Below, in pieces: positions 9,111-17,441 of a stretch of 32,000 bases of DNA. Each line of letters opens with the position of its first letter. The first letter of the stretch is position 1. Source of the DNA: Opitutia bacterium KCR 482 (GTDB taxonomy: Bacteria > Verrucomicrobiota > Verrucomicrobiia > Opitutales > Intestinicryptomonadaceae); assembly GCA_029269845.2 (NCBI GenBank), contig CP149973.1:240001-272000 (forward strand). Reading direction: 5' to 3'. Both the position numbers and the translations under genes were made by a program. The notes beneath the pieces were generated by a model. The model searched no databases. It was not told the DNA's origin and saw nothing but the letters and a program-made list of their open reading frames with translations.

Positions 9111-9950
9111 ATGCCGCTCGAAATCAAAGAGTATCAAGGCAAAAACCTGAGCTGTTTCAGGACGTTCAACCGCGTTCCGCGCTACGCGGAAATCGGCTCG
9201 GCAGACGACGCGGCGGAGGCGTTCGAATACGCGGCGAAAAACGGGCTGAAAGCCTTTGTGCTCGGCGGCGGCTCGAACGTGTTTTTCAGGCGCACAAACA
9301 TAAAATCTTTTGTGATGAAAAATGCGCTGCCCAAGAAAATCGAGAATCTCGGCGGCGGACGCTACGAGGTTTCCTCGTCGGTGCGCATGCTCGAAATGCT
9401 CAAAACCGCGTACGCCGACGGGCGCGACGCCTGCTATTACTTGGCGAGCGCGCCGTGCGAAGTGGGCGGGGCAATCGCGATGAATGCGGGCACCGGCCCG
9501 CGCGAGGGACGCGCGATTTTCGACTTCGTGGAGTCGGTAAAATTCGTCCGCAACGGAAAAGTCGAGGAGCGGAAAGCATGCGAAATAGAGCACTCGCACC
9601 GCCGCACGGAGCTTTCCGAAAACGCCTTTATACTCTCGGCAATCTTCAATTTCCCGAAAGCGGAAATCGCCGACGACCCGATAAAGGCACGCCTCGACTG
9701 GGCGAGGGAAAATCAGGATTTGTCCGTTCCGAACTGCGGGTCGCTCTGCAACAAATACGACGCGCGGATTATGAAATTCACCCGCGCCCTATTCTCGCCC
9801 CTCCCCGCGGGAATGAGCAAAAAAAAGCTCAACTGGACTTACAACAAGGCGGACAACCCCGTTTTTCTCGGGGCGTTTTTGTTCGTGCTGAAAGCCCTGC
9901 ACAGGCTCTTCGGCAGGGAGATAAAATTCGAGATAAAATCGGTCGATTGA
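9111..9950 (+). CDS. murB: UDP-N-acetylenolpyruvoylglucosamine reductase (MurB)-like FAD-binding protein, divergent
   Basis: 279 aa. Shows VLGGGSNVFF, APCEVGGAIAMNAGTG, HSHRRTEL and PNCGSLCNKYD, which align by eye with the MurB motifs GxGSNxL, PGxxGGAxxMNAG, YRxS and GSxFKNP. The C-terminal third is atypical. Confidence 0.6.
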   Translation: MPLEIKEYQGKNLSCFRTFNRVPRYAEIGSADDAAEAFEYAAKNGLKAFVLGGGSNVFFRRTNIKSFVMKNALPKKIENLGGGRYEVSSSVRMLEMLKTAYADGRDACYYLASAPCEVGGAIAMNAGTGPREGRAIFDFVESVKFVRNGKVEERKACEIEHSHRRTELSENAFILSAIFNFPKAEIADDPIKARLDWARENQDLSVPNCGSLCNKYDARIMKFTRALFSPLPAGMSKKKLNWTYNKADNPVFLGAFLFVLKALHRLFGREIKFEIKSVD

Positions 9951-9955
9951 TTTGC

Positions 9956-9995
9956 AAAAAAATCGGACGGCACCTTTCGATGCCGTCCTTTTTTT
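9956..9995. terminator. Bidirectional intrinsic terminator between convergent murB-like and dehydratase genes
   Basis: A7 tract (9956-9962), then stem GGACGGCA (9965-9972) / TGCCGTCC (9981-9988) with an 8-nt loop, then a T7 tract (9989-9995). It reads as a hairpin plus U-tract on both strands. Confidence 0.7.
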
Positions 9996-10044
9996 GTAAT
10001 AGCAAGTACCGCGCGGCGCGTTGCGCCCGCGCGTGGAGCGCCGA

Positions 10045-11367
10045 CTACGACCAGCGGCGGTCGTTCGACCATTCCTTGTCCCATTGCGAAGTATCGCCCC
10101 AAGCTTCGGGGAAATCTTCGTGCAGCTTTTCCTGAATGAGTTCCTCGTTCAAAGATTCGATGCCCAAGCCGGGGGCTGTCGGAACGTCGATGTAGCCGTC
10201 CTTGATGAGCGGCTTCGGGAGTCCGTTTACGAGGCTGTCCCACCACGGAACGTCCACGGAGTGGACTTCGAGAGCCGTGAAGTTGCGCGTAGCCGCCGCG
10301 ACGTGAACCGCGCCCATGCACGCAATCGGGCTTTCCGCCATGTGGATTGCCATCGCGGTGTGGTAGTATTCGGCGAGGTCGCCGATTTTCTTCGTTTCGA
10401 GAATGCCGCCCGCCGTGAGAATGTCGGGGTGGACAACCGCCAACGCGCCCGATTTCAGCAGGGGCATGAAGTTTTCTTTAAGGTAGATGTCTTCGCCCGT
10501 GCCGAGGGGAGTTGTGGTGGCGTTCGCCATTCTGACGTACTGGTCGGTGTACTGCCACGGAACGGGGTCTTCCATCCACGCGAGGTTGAACTTTTCGAGC
10601 CTCTTGCCGAGCTTTATGCAGTCCTCGACGGGAATGTGCCCGAGGTGGTCGATTGCGAGCGGAATTTCGTAGCCGACTTCCGCGCGGCACTCCGCCATGT
10701 ACTGTTCGAGGTAGTCCAGACCCGTTTCCGTGATGTGGATACCCGTGAACGGGTGCGCCGTGTTGAAGAGGTCGTACGCCTCTCCGCGCATTGCGCGGGG
10801 GTCGATGGAGCCGTGGGGGGTTGTGAATACTGTCTTTTTGTATTCGCGCATTTTTTCGAGGAATCCGAGCGGAGCGGAAAGCGCGCCGGGGACGTCCATG
10901 AGCAGCTCGATACCCAAGTCCATTTTCAGGAATGTGTATCCCTGCGCCTTGCGTTCGCGGAGAGCCTTGCCCATGTCGCGGCCGCCGCCCTCGCTGTCGG
11001 TGTCGCAGTAAATGCGGATTTTGTCGCGGTATTTGCCGCCGAGGAGCTGCCACACGGGAACGCCCCAAGCCTTGCCCGCCAAGTCCCAAAGGGCTACTTC
11101 AATGCCGCATACGCCGCCCGCCTGACGCGAGTCGCCGCCGAACTGCTTGATGCGGTTGAAGATTTTTTCTACGTTGCAGGGGTTTTCGCCGAGGATTCTG
11201 CTTTTGAGCATCGCAGCATACGTTCTGCTTGACGCGTCGCGGACTTCGCCGTAGCCGACGATTCCCTGATTGGTGTAGAGTTTAATCAGCGTGCAGCGTT
11301 TCGGAGCGCCGTCGATGTCGGCGAAACGCATGTCGGTGATTTTAAGTGTCGAAGGGTCGATTTTCAT
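10045..11367 (-). CDS. Enolase-superfamily (mandelate racemase / galactonate dehydratase-like) acid-sugar dehydratase
   Basis: 440 aa. N-terminal capping domain with IEVALWDLAGKAWGVPVWQLLGG. Barrel with metal-ligand contexts LAIDH, AWMEDP and GTGEDI, plus VVHPDI (His-Asp dyad context). Confidence 0.85.
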   Translation of the reverse strand: MKIDPSTLKITDMRFADIDGAPKRCTLIKLYTNQGIVGYGEVRDASSRTYAAMLKSRILGENPCNVEKIFNRIKQFGGDSRQAGGVCGIEVALWDLAGKAWGVPVWQLLGGKYRDKIRIYCDTDSEGGGRDMGKALRERKAQGYTFLKMDLGIELLMDVPGALSAPLGFLEKMREYKKTVFTTPHGSIDPRAMRGEAYDLFNTAHPFTGIHITETGLDYLEQYMAECRAEVGYEIPLAIDHLGHIPVEDCIKLGKRLEKFNLAWMEDPVPWQYTDQYVRMANATTTPLGTGEDIYLKENFMPLLKSGALAVVHPDILTAGGILETKKIGDLAEYYHTAMAIHMAESPIACMGAVHVAAATRNFTALEVHSVDVPWWDSLVNGLPKPLIKDGYIDVPTAPGLGIESLNEELIQEKLHEDFPEAWGDTSQWDKEWSNDRRWS

Positions 11368-11399
11368 ATTCGTTCCTTATTTGTGTCAAAATTTACGGT

Positions 11400-12155
11400 T
11401 TAGAAATAGCCGCCTTTCTTGGTAATCGAGTCGATTGATTCGCCCGCGTTTACCCATGAGAAAATCTTTTTCTCGTTCTCGCGGATTTCCTCGGCGCGTA
11501 CGAGAACGTCCCAAGCGATTTCGCGGGGAACGCAAAGCACGCCGTCGATGTCGCCCATGATGATGTCTCCGGGCTTGATTGTGACCTTGCCGATTTTAAT
11601 CGGAATCTGGTAGTGCGTGATGAGGCAGCGGCCAAGACTTCCGTTGGAGACGCGGTAGCGGTAGAATACGGGGAAGTCCTTTTCGAGGATTTGGTGCGTG
11701 TCGCGGATACCGCCGTCGATGCAGGCGGCGCGGACTTTCTTGCCGGCGGCGGTCGCGGTCATGACGCCGCCCCAGAGAGTCGCCTCTTCGTCGAGGCTCG
11801 TGTCCCAGACGACGAACGCGTCTTCGTGCATGGCGTCGAGCATTTCGGTGCGGAATGTCATTTCGCCGGTGATTTTAACGTTCGGCGCGCTCTTGACGGT
11901 GAACGCCAAGCCCGCGACGGTGCGTTCGGGGCGCAGGGGAATGATGTTGTGCGGCAGAGCCTGATCGAGCAGGCAGAACTCGCGCATGACGTCGTTGATT
12001 GCGCCCGTGTAGAGGGCTTCGTAGCGGGCGAGAACCTCCTTGACGGGAACGGGGAACTCTTTCTTGCAGATTCCCTCGCGCGTGCGAATGAGGTTTTCGA
12101 GCTTCATCATTTTCGCTTCCTTTTGAAGCATGTTTTCTTCTTGATTGTCGGACAT
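11400..12155 (-). CDS. RraA-like / 4-hydroxy-4-methyl-2-oxoglutarate aldolase family protein
   Basis: 251-aa ORF. The core FVVWDTSLDEEATLWGGVMTATAAGKKVRAACIDGGIRDT...FPVFYR matches the RraA/HMG-aldolase family signature (G..G.viDG.iRD). The start is uncertain: in-frame Met codons also occur at 12131 and 12110/12107. Confidence 0.75.
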   Translation of the reverse strand: MSDNQEENMLQKEAKMMKLENLIRTREGICKKEFPVPVKEVLARYEALYTGAINDVMREFCLLDQALPHNIIPLRPERTVAGLAFTVKSAPNVKITGEMTFRTEMLDAMHEDAFVVWDTSLDEEATLWGGVMTATAAGKKVRAACIDGGIRDTHQILEKDFPVFYRYRVSNGSLGRCLITHYQIPIKIGKVTIKPGDIIMGDIDGVLCVPREIAWDVLVRAEEIRENEKKIFSWVNAGESIDSITKKGGYF

Positions 12156-12208
12156 AATTTTTGTCTTTTGGTTATTGGTTTTTAATTGAAATTATTTGAG
12201 AATGGGAA

Positions 12209-13000
12209 TCAACCGGGGAGGCGCAGGCCGCCGTCGATTACGATGTTCGTTCCCGTGATGTACCTGCCCGCATTCGAGCACAGCAGCACCGCAGCTCCCG
12301 CGGCGTCGGCGGGTTCGGCGTAGGTGTGCGACGGAATGCAGTCGGTAACGCGCTTTGCGTAGACGGGGTTCGAAAGGGCTTCGTCGTTTCGGTCGGTCGC
12401 AAAAACTCCGGGGGCGATGTTGTTTACGGTAATACCCTCGCAGGCAACCTGTCTTGCGATGTTGCGCACGAGGTTTTCCTGCGCCGACTTGCTCGCCGCG
12501 TAGACCGCCATTTCGGGGTGCGGGCGGAACTCCTGAACGCTCCCGATTGTTACGATTCGTCCCCATTTTTGCGCCTTCATCACGGGGAAGAAAAGCTGGG
12601 CGAGCATGAGCGTTGAATGGAAGTTCACCTGCATTTGGAGCAGCGACTCTTCGAGCGGAATTTTATTCCACGGAGTTCTGAACTGCACGGAGGCGTTGGC
12701 GATGAAAATGTCGGGAAGTTCGGATTTCGCCGAAATTTGGTCGGCAATTTTGCGCGGCGCGTCGGGGTCGCCCAAGTCGCCGACGACCGAGAAACTTGCG
12801 GGGCTGAGTTTGCGGACCGATTCGAGCGCGGATTCGAGTTTCGCGCTTTCCTTCACGCCGTGAACAATCACCTGCGCCCCATATTCCGCCAAGCCCAATG
12901 CGATTGCCCTGCCGATTCCGCGCGCGGAACCCGTGATGAACGCCCTGTGCCCCGAAAGGTCGAAGCGTTCGCGAAGTTTGATGTCGTCTGAATATTCCAT
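12209..13000 (-). CDS. Short-chain dehydrogenase/reductase (SDR) family oxidoreductase
   Basis: 263 aa. Cofactor motif ITGSARGIGRAIA and catalytic YAASKSA (YxxxK). Classical SDR length. Confidence 0.9.
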   Translation of the reverse strand: MEYSDDIKLRERFDLSGHRAFITGSARGIGRAIALGLAEYGAQVIVHGVKESAKLESALESVRKLSPASFSVVGDLGDPDAPRKIADQISAKSELPDIFIANASVQFRTPWNKIPLEESLLQMQVNFHSTLMLAQLFFPVMKAQKWGRIVTIGSVQEFRPHPEMAVYAASKSAQENLVRNIARQVACEGITVNNIAPGVFATDRNDEALSNPVYAKRVTDCIPSHTYAEPADAAGAAVLLCSNAGRYITGTNIVIDGGLRLPG

Positions 13001-13013
13001 ATTGTCTTATTTG

Positions 13014-14273
13014 TTAAATTTCCTCGTAGTCGCGTTTGAAGAAGAGATTGCGGCCGAGCAGGATTATCACGCCGCCCGCCAGATAGAACGCCGCAAGCGA
13101 CGCTATGCCGTAGTTCATTCCGAAATTGTCGCGAATCCAGCCAAGAACCATCGGCGCGGAAGAGCCGATAATGAACGCAAAACAGAGCATAAGCCCCGAA
13201 GCCGACGCGCGGTAGCGCGGCGCAACGACGTCGAAAAGGGACGCGAACAAGTTGGAGTCGTACACGCCCCTGAACAGCCCGAACACCAGCATGCCGAGGC
13301 AGCAGAGGGTCTCCGAGGACGTGTTCGCCATGAAATAGATGAACGGCGCGCCGCAGAGAAGCCCGATAATATTCGCCTCGAAGCGCACGGTTTTGCGTTT
13401 CGCCGCAAGCTTGTCGGTAATGCGCCCGCCGAGCATCACGCCGAAGAACGCGCCCGCATAGTGCCAAACCACGGCGTTTGTGGCGGCAACCGCCGCGTCC
13501 ATGTGGAAGTGCTCTTGGAGGAATGTGGGCATCCAAGTTTTGAAGCCGCAGTCGACGTAAATCATCATGCCGAAGCCGAGCGCAAGCGACATCGCCGCGG
13601 GCTTGCGGAACATTACCATGAACGCGTCCTTAAACGACGCCTTTTTGATTTCGCCCTCGGTGTGCGTGTGGGTAATCGGCTTGGTGTCGCGCATGAGGAA
13701 TATGAGCATAAACGCCCAGACAATGCCGATTCCCCCGAAAAGTATAAACGGAATGCGCCAGCCGTCGAGCGAGCCGACCGACGGAATGTCGGCGAACATT
13801 CCCGACACGCAGCTGCAAATTACAATGCCCGCGTAGAGCGCGGTCTGGTGGATTGCCAACGCCGTCGCGCGGGTCTTTTCGTGGAGCTGCCCCAGAAGCG
13901 AGCACGCCGCGGGATAGTAGAACGCCTGCCCCGCCCCGTTGAGAAGCCCGTAGAAAACAATCATCATGCCTATGCACGAAACCCAGCCCGAAAGGAAAAT
14001 GCCCGTGCAGAAAACCCCCAAGCCGACGATTACCATGTATTTTCTTTTGAGGAAGTCGCTCGCAAAGCCCGAAAGCGGAGCGCAAATGCCGTATGTCAGC
14101 GTGAAAATAGTGCCGACAATCCCCATCTTGACCGAGTCGACCCCGAATGTTCCCTGAATTTGAGGCAGAATTGCGTTGTAGATTTGCCTCGTTCCCTGGT
14201 GCAGAAAAAACGCCACCCACAGGAAAAGCAGAAGAAACCATTTGTAGTAGTCTTTCGAGCTGTCGTTTGTCAT
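13014..14273 (-). CDS. MFS transporter (sugar or sugar-acid importer type)
   Basis: 419 aa and hydrophobic throughout, about 12 predicted helices by eye. MFS loop motif GFASDFLKRKYM after TM2. First gene of the catabolic operon. Confidence 0.85.
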   Translation of the reverse strand: MTNDSSKDYYKWFLLLFLWVAFFLHQGTRQIYNAILPQIQGTFGVDSVKMGIVGTIFTLTYGICAPLSGFASDFLKRKYMVIVGLGVFCTGIFLSGWVSCIGMMIVFYGLLNGAGQAFYYPAACSLLGQLHEKTRATALAIHQTALYAGIVICSCVSGMFADIPSVGSLDGWRIPFILFGGIGIVWAFMLIFLMRDTKPITHTHTEGEIKKASFKDAFMVMFRKPAAMSLALGFGMMIYVDCGFKTWMPTFLQEHFHMDAAVAATNAVVWHYAGAFFGVMLGGRITDKLAAKRKTVRFEANIIGLLCGAPFIYFMANTSSETLCCLGMLVFGLFRGVYDSNLFASLFDVVAPRYRASASGLMLCFAFIIGSSAPMVLGWIRDNFGMNYGIASLAAFYLAGGVIILLGRNLFFKRDYEEI

Positions 14274-14352
14274 ATAGTGTTTGTCCCCCGTTGTTATGTT
14301 TTTTAATTAAAAGGAAAAATGCGGCGCGTTCAATAGCGTTGATTGCCAAATT

Positions 14353-14369
14353 TGGAAAACTGTTTACCT
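14353..14369. promoter_or_regulatory. Putative operator (imperfect palindrome TGGAAAAC-T-GTTTACCT) upstream of the MFS operon
   Basis: The reverse complement AGGTAAACAGTTTTCCA matches the perfect palindrome at 15555-15571 at 15 of 17 positions. The centre lies 88 bp upstream of the MFS start codon (14273). Confidence 0.45.
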
Positions 14370-14405
14370 CGCGTAAAATCGGGCTTTCGCGGGCGGTTTC
14401 GGGCG

Positions 14406-15440
14406 TCAGTCTCCGACGGGGTTGTTCCATTTGGGAAGCACGATTGTCGCCGTCCGCACGTCGGCGTCTTTCAGATAGACCGGCGCGTTGAGGGCGGTGA
14501 AAAGCTTGCGAACCGCTATGCGCCCGACCATTTCGTAGTTCTGGTCTATCCCCACCCAGTCGTTCTTGCCGCATTTGCGTTCGAGGTGTATCACGGGCAA
14601 ATCCTGCGGAACGGCGGTGGCGCGTTCGGAAAACCATTCGCTTGTGGAGTTCGAAATCGAGAAAATCACGTCGGGCTTGCGCTCGGAAAGCCAGTCGTAG
14701 AGAATTTGCGGGTTCTTTTCGGCTGCGGCGATGTCCAAAAACGGCGGAATCCTGTCCTCTTCGGGAAGCTCCAGCTGGGCGCGGAGAAAGCCGCCGACAA
14801 AACGGCCCTCGACAAGCTCGTCGATGTGCTCGGCAAGAATCAGCGCGGGACGTCGGTAGCCAAGCTCTATAATTCTCTGCGTGGCGTAGTGGGCGATGAG
14901 GAATTTGTCGGCGGAAATGAAGTCGAGAATGGGATTGAAGGTTTTAAGCCCCGCGGAGACGAATTTGAAATTCTGCCAAATGGGCGCAAATTTGTCGGGC
15001 AAGATGTTGTCGTCGACGTGCCCTATGATGATTCCGCCGCGGATTCCGCGCGACTCCAAAATGCGCTGGAGCTTCGTGGGGTTGAGGCGTTTGTCGTGCA
15101 GCCAGATTTCGTAGACGGCGTAGCCGAGCTCTTTTGCCTCGTCGCGTATGCCCGCAATGTATTTCGAAAAAATCGGATACTTGTGCGGCGCGTCCTGCGA
15201 TTTGTTCGCGTTGATGAGGACAATCGTTTCCAGAAAGCGGTTTTCCTTCGAGCCTTTCAGCCCCGCCATGACGCTCGAAACGAGGGCGTTCCTGCGGTAG
15301 CCGAGCGTTTGCGCCGCCTTGCGGACTTTGGCTTTCGTCTTTTCGGAAATTTTTTTCGAATCGTTCAGCGCGAGCGAAACCGACCCTTTCGAAATGCCGA
15401 GTTCCTCCGCGATGTCCTGCATGCTGACGGTTTTTTTCAT
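14406..15440 (-). CDS. LacI-family transcriptional regulator
   Basis: 344 aa. N-terminal HTH SMQDIAEELGISKGSVSLALND, followed by a periplasmic-binding-protein-like sugar-binding body. GGAG Shine-Dalgarno 5 nt before the ATG. Confidence 0.9.
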   Translation of the reverse strand: MKKTVSMQDIAEELGISKGSVSLALNDSKKISEKTKAKVRKAAQTLGYRRNALVSSVMAGLKGSKENRFLETIVLINANKSQDAPHKYPIFSKYIAGIRDEAKELGYAVYEIWLHDKRLNPTKLQRILESRGIRGGIIIGHVDDNILPDKFAPIWQNFKFVSAGLKTFNPILDFISADKFLIAHYATQRIIELGYRRPALILAEHIDELVEGRFVGGFLRAQLELPEEDRIPPFLDIAAAEKNPQILYDWLSERKPDVIFSISNSTSEWFSERATAVPQDLPVIHLERKCGKNDWVGIDQNYEMVGRIAVRKLFTALNAPVYLKDADVRTATIVLPKWNNPVGD

Positions 15441-15554
15441 GATTAGCTCCGAACTTGGCGCAACTTTACGGCTCTTGTTTTGCCGTTTGCCGCGCTTTCT
15501 GGGGTCAATTAAATTGCGGAACGCAAAAGAATCAAATTAAAAATCCCTAAAAAT

Positions 15555-15571
15555 AGGTAAACAGTTTACCT
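15555..15571. promoter_or_regulatory. Putative operator, perfect palindrome AGGTAAAC-A-GTTTACCT
   Basis: 8+1+8 perfect inverted repeat read directly from the sequence. It is intergenic, with its centre 123 bp upstream of the LacI-family gene start (15440). Confidence 0.5.
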
Positions 15572-15734
15572 CTTCTGTTTTTCGGGCATTGCGGGGGTAT
15601 GAACCCCACCCCGCTGACGGAAAAAACGAGGAACGCTCCTACGCGCCCCGCGATAAAAAAACCGTTAGTTTTCAGAATCTTCCCCGCCGGCGCGGAGGCA
15701 AGCGCAACAATGCGGTTGCGGATTCGGCAAACGC

Positions 15735-16679
15735 CTATTTTCCGCCCTGCCGCTCGACTTCCTCGGCAATTTTCAGCTGTTCGGGCGTGCGCGGAGAAGT
15801 CGTTACAATGTAGACGCCCGCGAAGACGAGGAACGACGCAAACAGCTTGCTCCACGAAAACGCGTCCTGCCCCACGAAAACCGCTATCGCCGACGACACC
15901 ACTGGCTGCACGTAAATGTACATCGCAACCGTCGCGGGGCGAATGCGCTTGATGCCCATGTTTTGGAAAAGATAGGCAAGGAAGGTCGCCCCGCCTACGA
16001 CGTACGCCAAGCCCGCGATTTCGCAGACGCCCAGCGTCGCCTTAATCGAATCCTCCGACGCAAACGCCTTCGGCATGAGCGGCACGAACATGAGCGTCGA
16101 AAAAAGGAACATCCACTTCATGATTGTAATAGGCGAATATTTGAGCGTCAGCGGCTTTGCCGTTACGAAGTAGATTGCCGCGCACACCGTCGCCAGAAAC
16201 ACGAGCCCGTCGCCGGACGCCGAACCCGAACCCAGTCCGCCGCCGGACGCCGAAAGCAAAAGCCAAACCGCGCCCGCCGCGCCCACTCCCGCGCCGAAGA
16301 GCTTGCGCTTTGTGACGGGGTCGCCGACGAGAATCGCGGCAACCGCCATCGCCGAAAACGGGGTCGCAGTGAGGATTACCGAAGCGTCCACGGGGGACGT
16401 CATTCCGAGCGCGAAAATGAACACGCCCTGATTGAAGACAATTCCCATGAGCGCGAAGAAGAAAAACCACAGCAAGTCTTTCGGCTCGACTTTTCTGTCT
16501 TTTATAAACAGCGACGCCGTCCAAAACAGAACGGTCGCGCCGATGAATCTGCAAGTGGTTACAAACAGCGGCGACATAAAGCCGTGCATGAGGTATTTCG
16601 ATATCGGAATGAACACCCCGAACATCAGGTTTGTAGTCAGCACGCAGATGTGCCCTTTTGCTCTCTCGGAAATTGCCAT
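15735..16679 (-). CDS. DMT-superfamily (EamA-like) transporter
   Basis: The track ORF starts at TTG 16727. The first ATG at 16679 gives MAISERAKGHICVLTTNLMFGV.... About 10 hydrophobic helices with a duplicated EamA-like organisation. Confidence 0.75.
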   Translation of the reverse strand: MAISERAKGHICVLTTNLMFGVFIPISKYLMHGFMSPLFVTTCRFIGATVLFWTASLFIKDRKVEPKDLLWFFFFALMGIVFNQGVFIFALGMTSPVDASVILTATPFSAMAVAAILVGDPVTKRKLFGAGVGAAGAVWLLLSASGGGLGSGSASGDGLVFLATVCAAIYFVTAKPLTLKYSPITIMKWMFLFSTLMFVPLMPKAFASEDSIKATLGVCEIAGLAYVVGGATFLAYLFQNMGIKRIRPATVAMYIYVQPVVSSAIAVFVGQDAFSWSKLFASFLVFAGVYIVTTSPRTPEQLKIAEEVERQGGK

Positions 16680-16814
16680 GTTTGGAAATAAAAAATCGAC
16701 GCACCGATTCCGATACGTCGGACACAAGCCAACGCCCTGTTCGGACGTTTCGCAAGACTATTTTTTCGGAAATCCCGCAAGGCGGCTTGCGTTTTTTGCC
16801 CGCGCCGCGCGGCG

Positions 16815-17270
16815 TCAGAGCGAGGCAAGCAGACTCCTGCACGCCGCGGACACGTCGCGCCAAGTTTCCTCGAAATCTCCCGAATACCACGGGTCGGCAA
16901 CTTCCGCATGCGGTTTGCCGGCGTACTCCATGAGCATTTTGATTTTTCCTTTCGGGTCGCTTCCGACAATGCGCATGATGTTGCGCATGTTCGAATTGTC
17001 CATGACGAGAATGAGGTCGAACCTGTCGTAGTCTGCGCGGGACATTTTCCGCGCGGTTTTGCCCTTGCACGAAATTCCGCGCTTTGCGAGAAGCTCGCGC
17101 GCGGGCGGATAGACGGGGTTTCCAAGCTCCTCCGAGCTTACCGCCGCCGACTCCACAAGAAATTCGTCAGCCCTGCCCGCCTTTGCGGCCAGGTCTTTCA
17201 TGGCGAACTCCGCCATCGGGCTTCTGCAAATGTTGCCGTGGCAGACAAAGAGTATCGATTTTTTCTCCAT
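16815..17270 (-). CDS. Low-molecular-weight protein tyrosine phosphatase
   Basis: Track ORF trimmed to MEKKSILFVCHGNICRSPMAE, the CX5R(S) P-loop at the expected N-terminal position. General-acid context VADPWYSGD near the C-terminus. About 151 aa. Confidence 0.85.
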   Translation of the reverse strand: MEKKSILFVCHGNICRSPMAEFAMKDLAAKAGRADEFLVESAAVSSEELGNPVYPPARELLAKRGISCKGKTARKMSRADYDRFDLILVMDNSNMRNIMRIVGSDPKGKIKMLMEYAGKPHAEVADPWYSGDFEETWRDVSAACRSLLASL

Positions 17271-17441
17271 TACGCGACATTGAATGCAATCGCCCCGACA
17301 AATCAAGCCTTTCCAGATTCCCCCGTTTTTACTAATTGACACGGGCTTCCGTTTCCGTTTTTAATTCAAGACGTTTGCATGCCGCAATATTTGCGGCGCA
17401 CAGACACCATACAACACGCAACAAAAGAAAAGGAAATCAAT

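Noticed and set aside
10021-11232. 403-aa plus-strand ORF opposite the enolase-superfamily dehydratase
   Set aside because: The product is Arg/Ala/Val-rich with no motifs. It lies entirely antisense to a gene with clear family signatures, so it is a typical GC-rich shadow ORF.
14345-14354. 10-bp perfect palindrome CCAAATTTGG abutting the putative operator
   Set aside because: It is short enough to arise by chance, and no second copy was seen elsewhere in the window. It is noted only as context for the operator site.
12933-15446. Long plus-strand ORFs (12933..14306, 457 aa; 14343..15446, 367 aa) opposite the MFS and LacI genes
   Set aside because: The translations are low-complexity and R/E/A-rich. 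The minus-strand products have unambiguous MFS and LacI HTH features.
15496-15526. Short palindromes CAATT-A-AATTG (15496-15506) and TTGCG-GAA-CGCAA (15514-15526) upstream of the LacI gene, compared with CTTGC-AAC-GCAAG at 21451-21463
   Set aside because: Five-bp arms are expected many times by chance in 32 kb. The three elements do not share a consistent half-site orientation.
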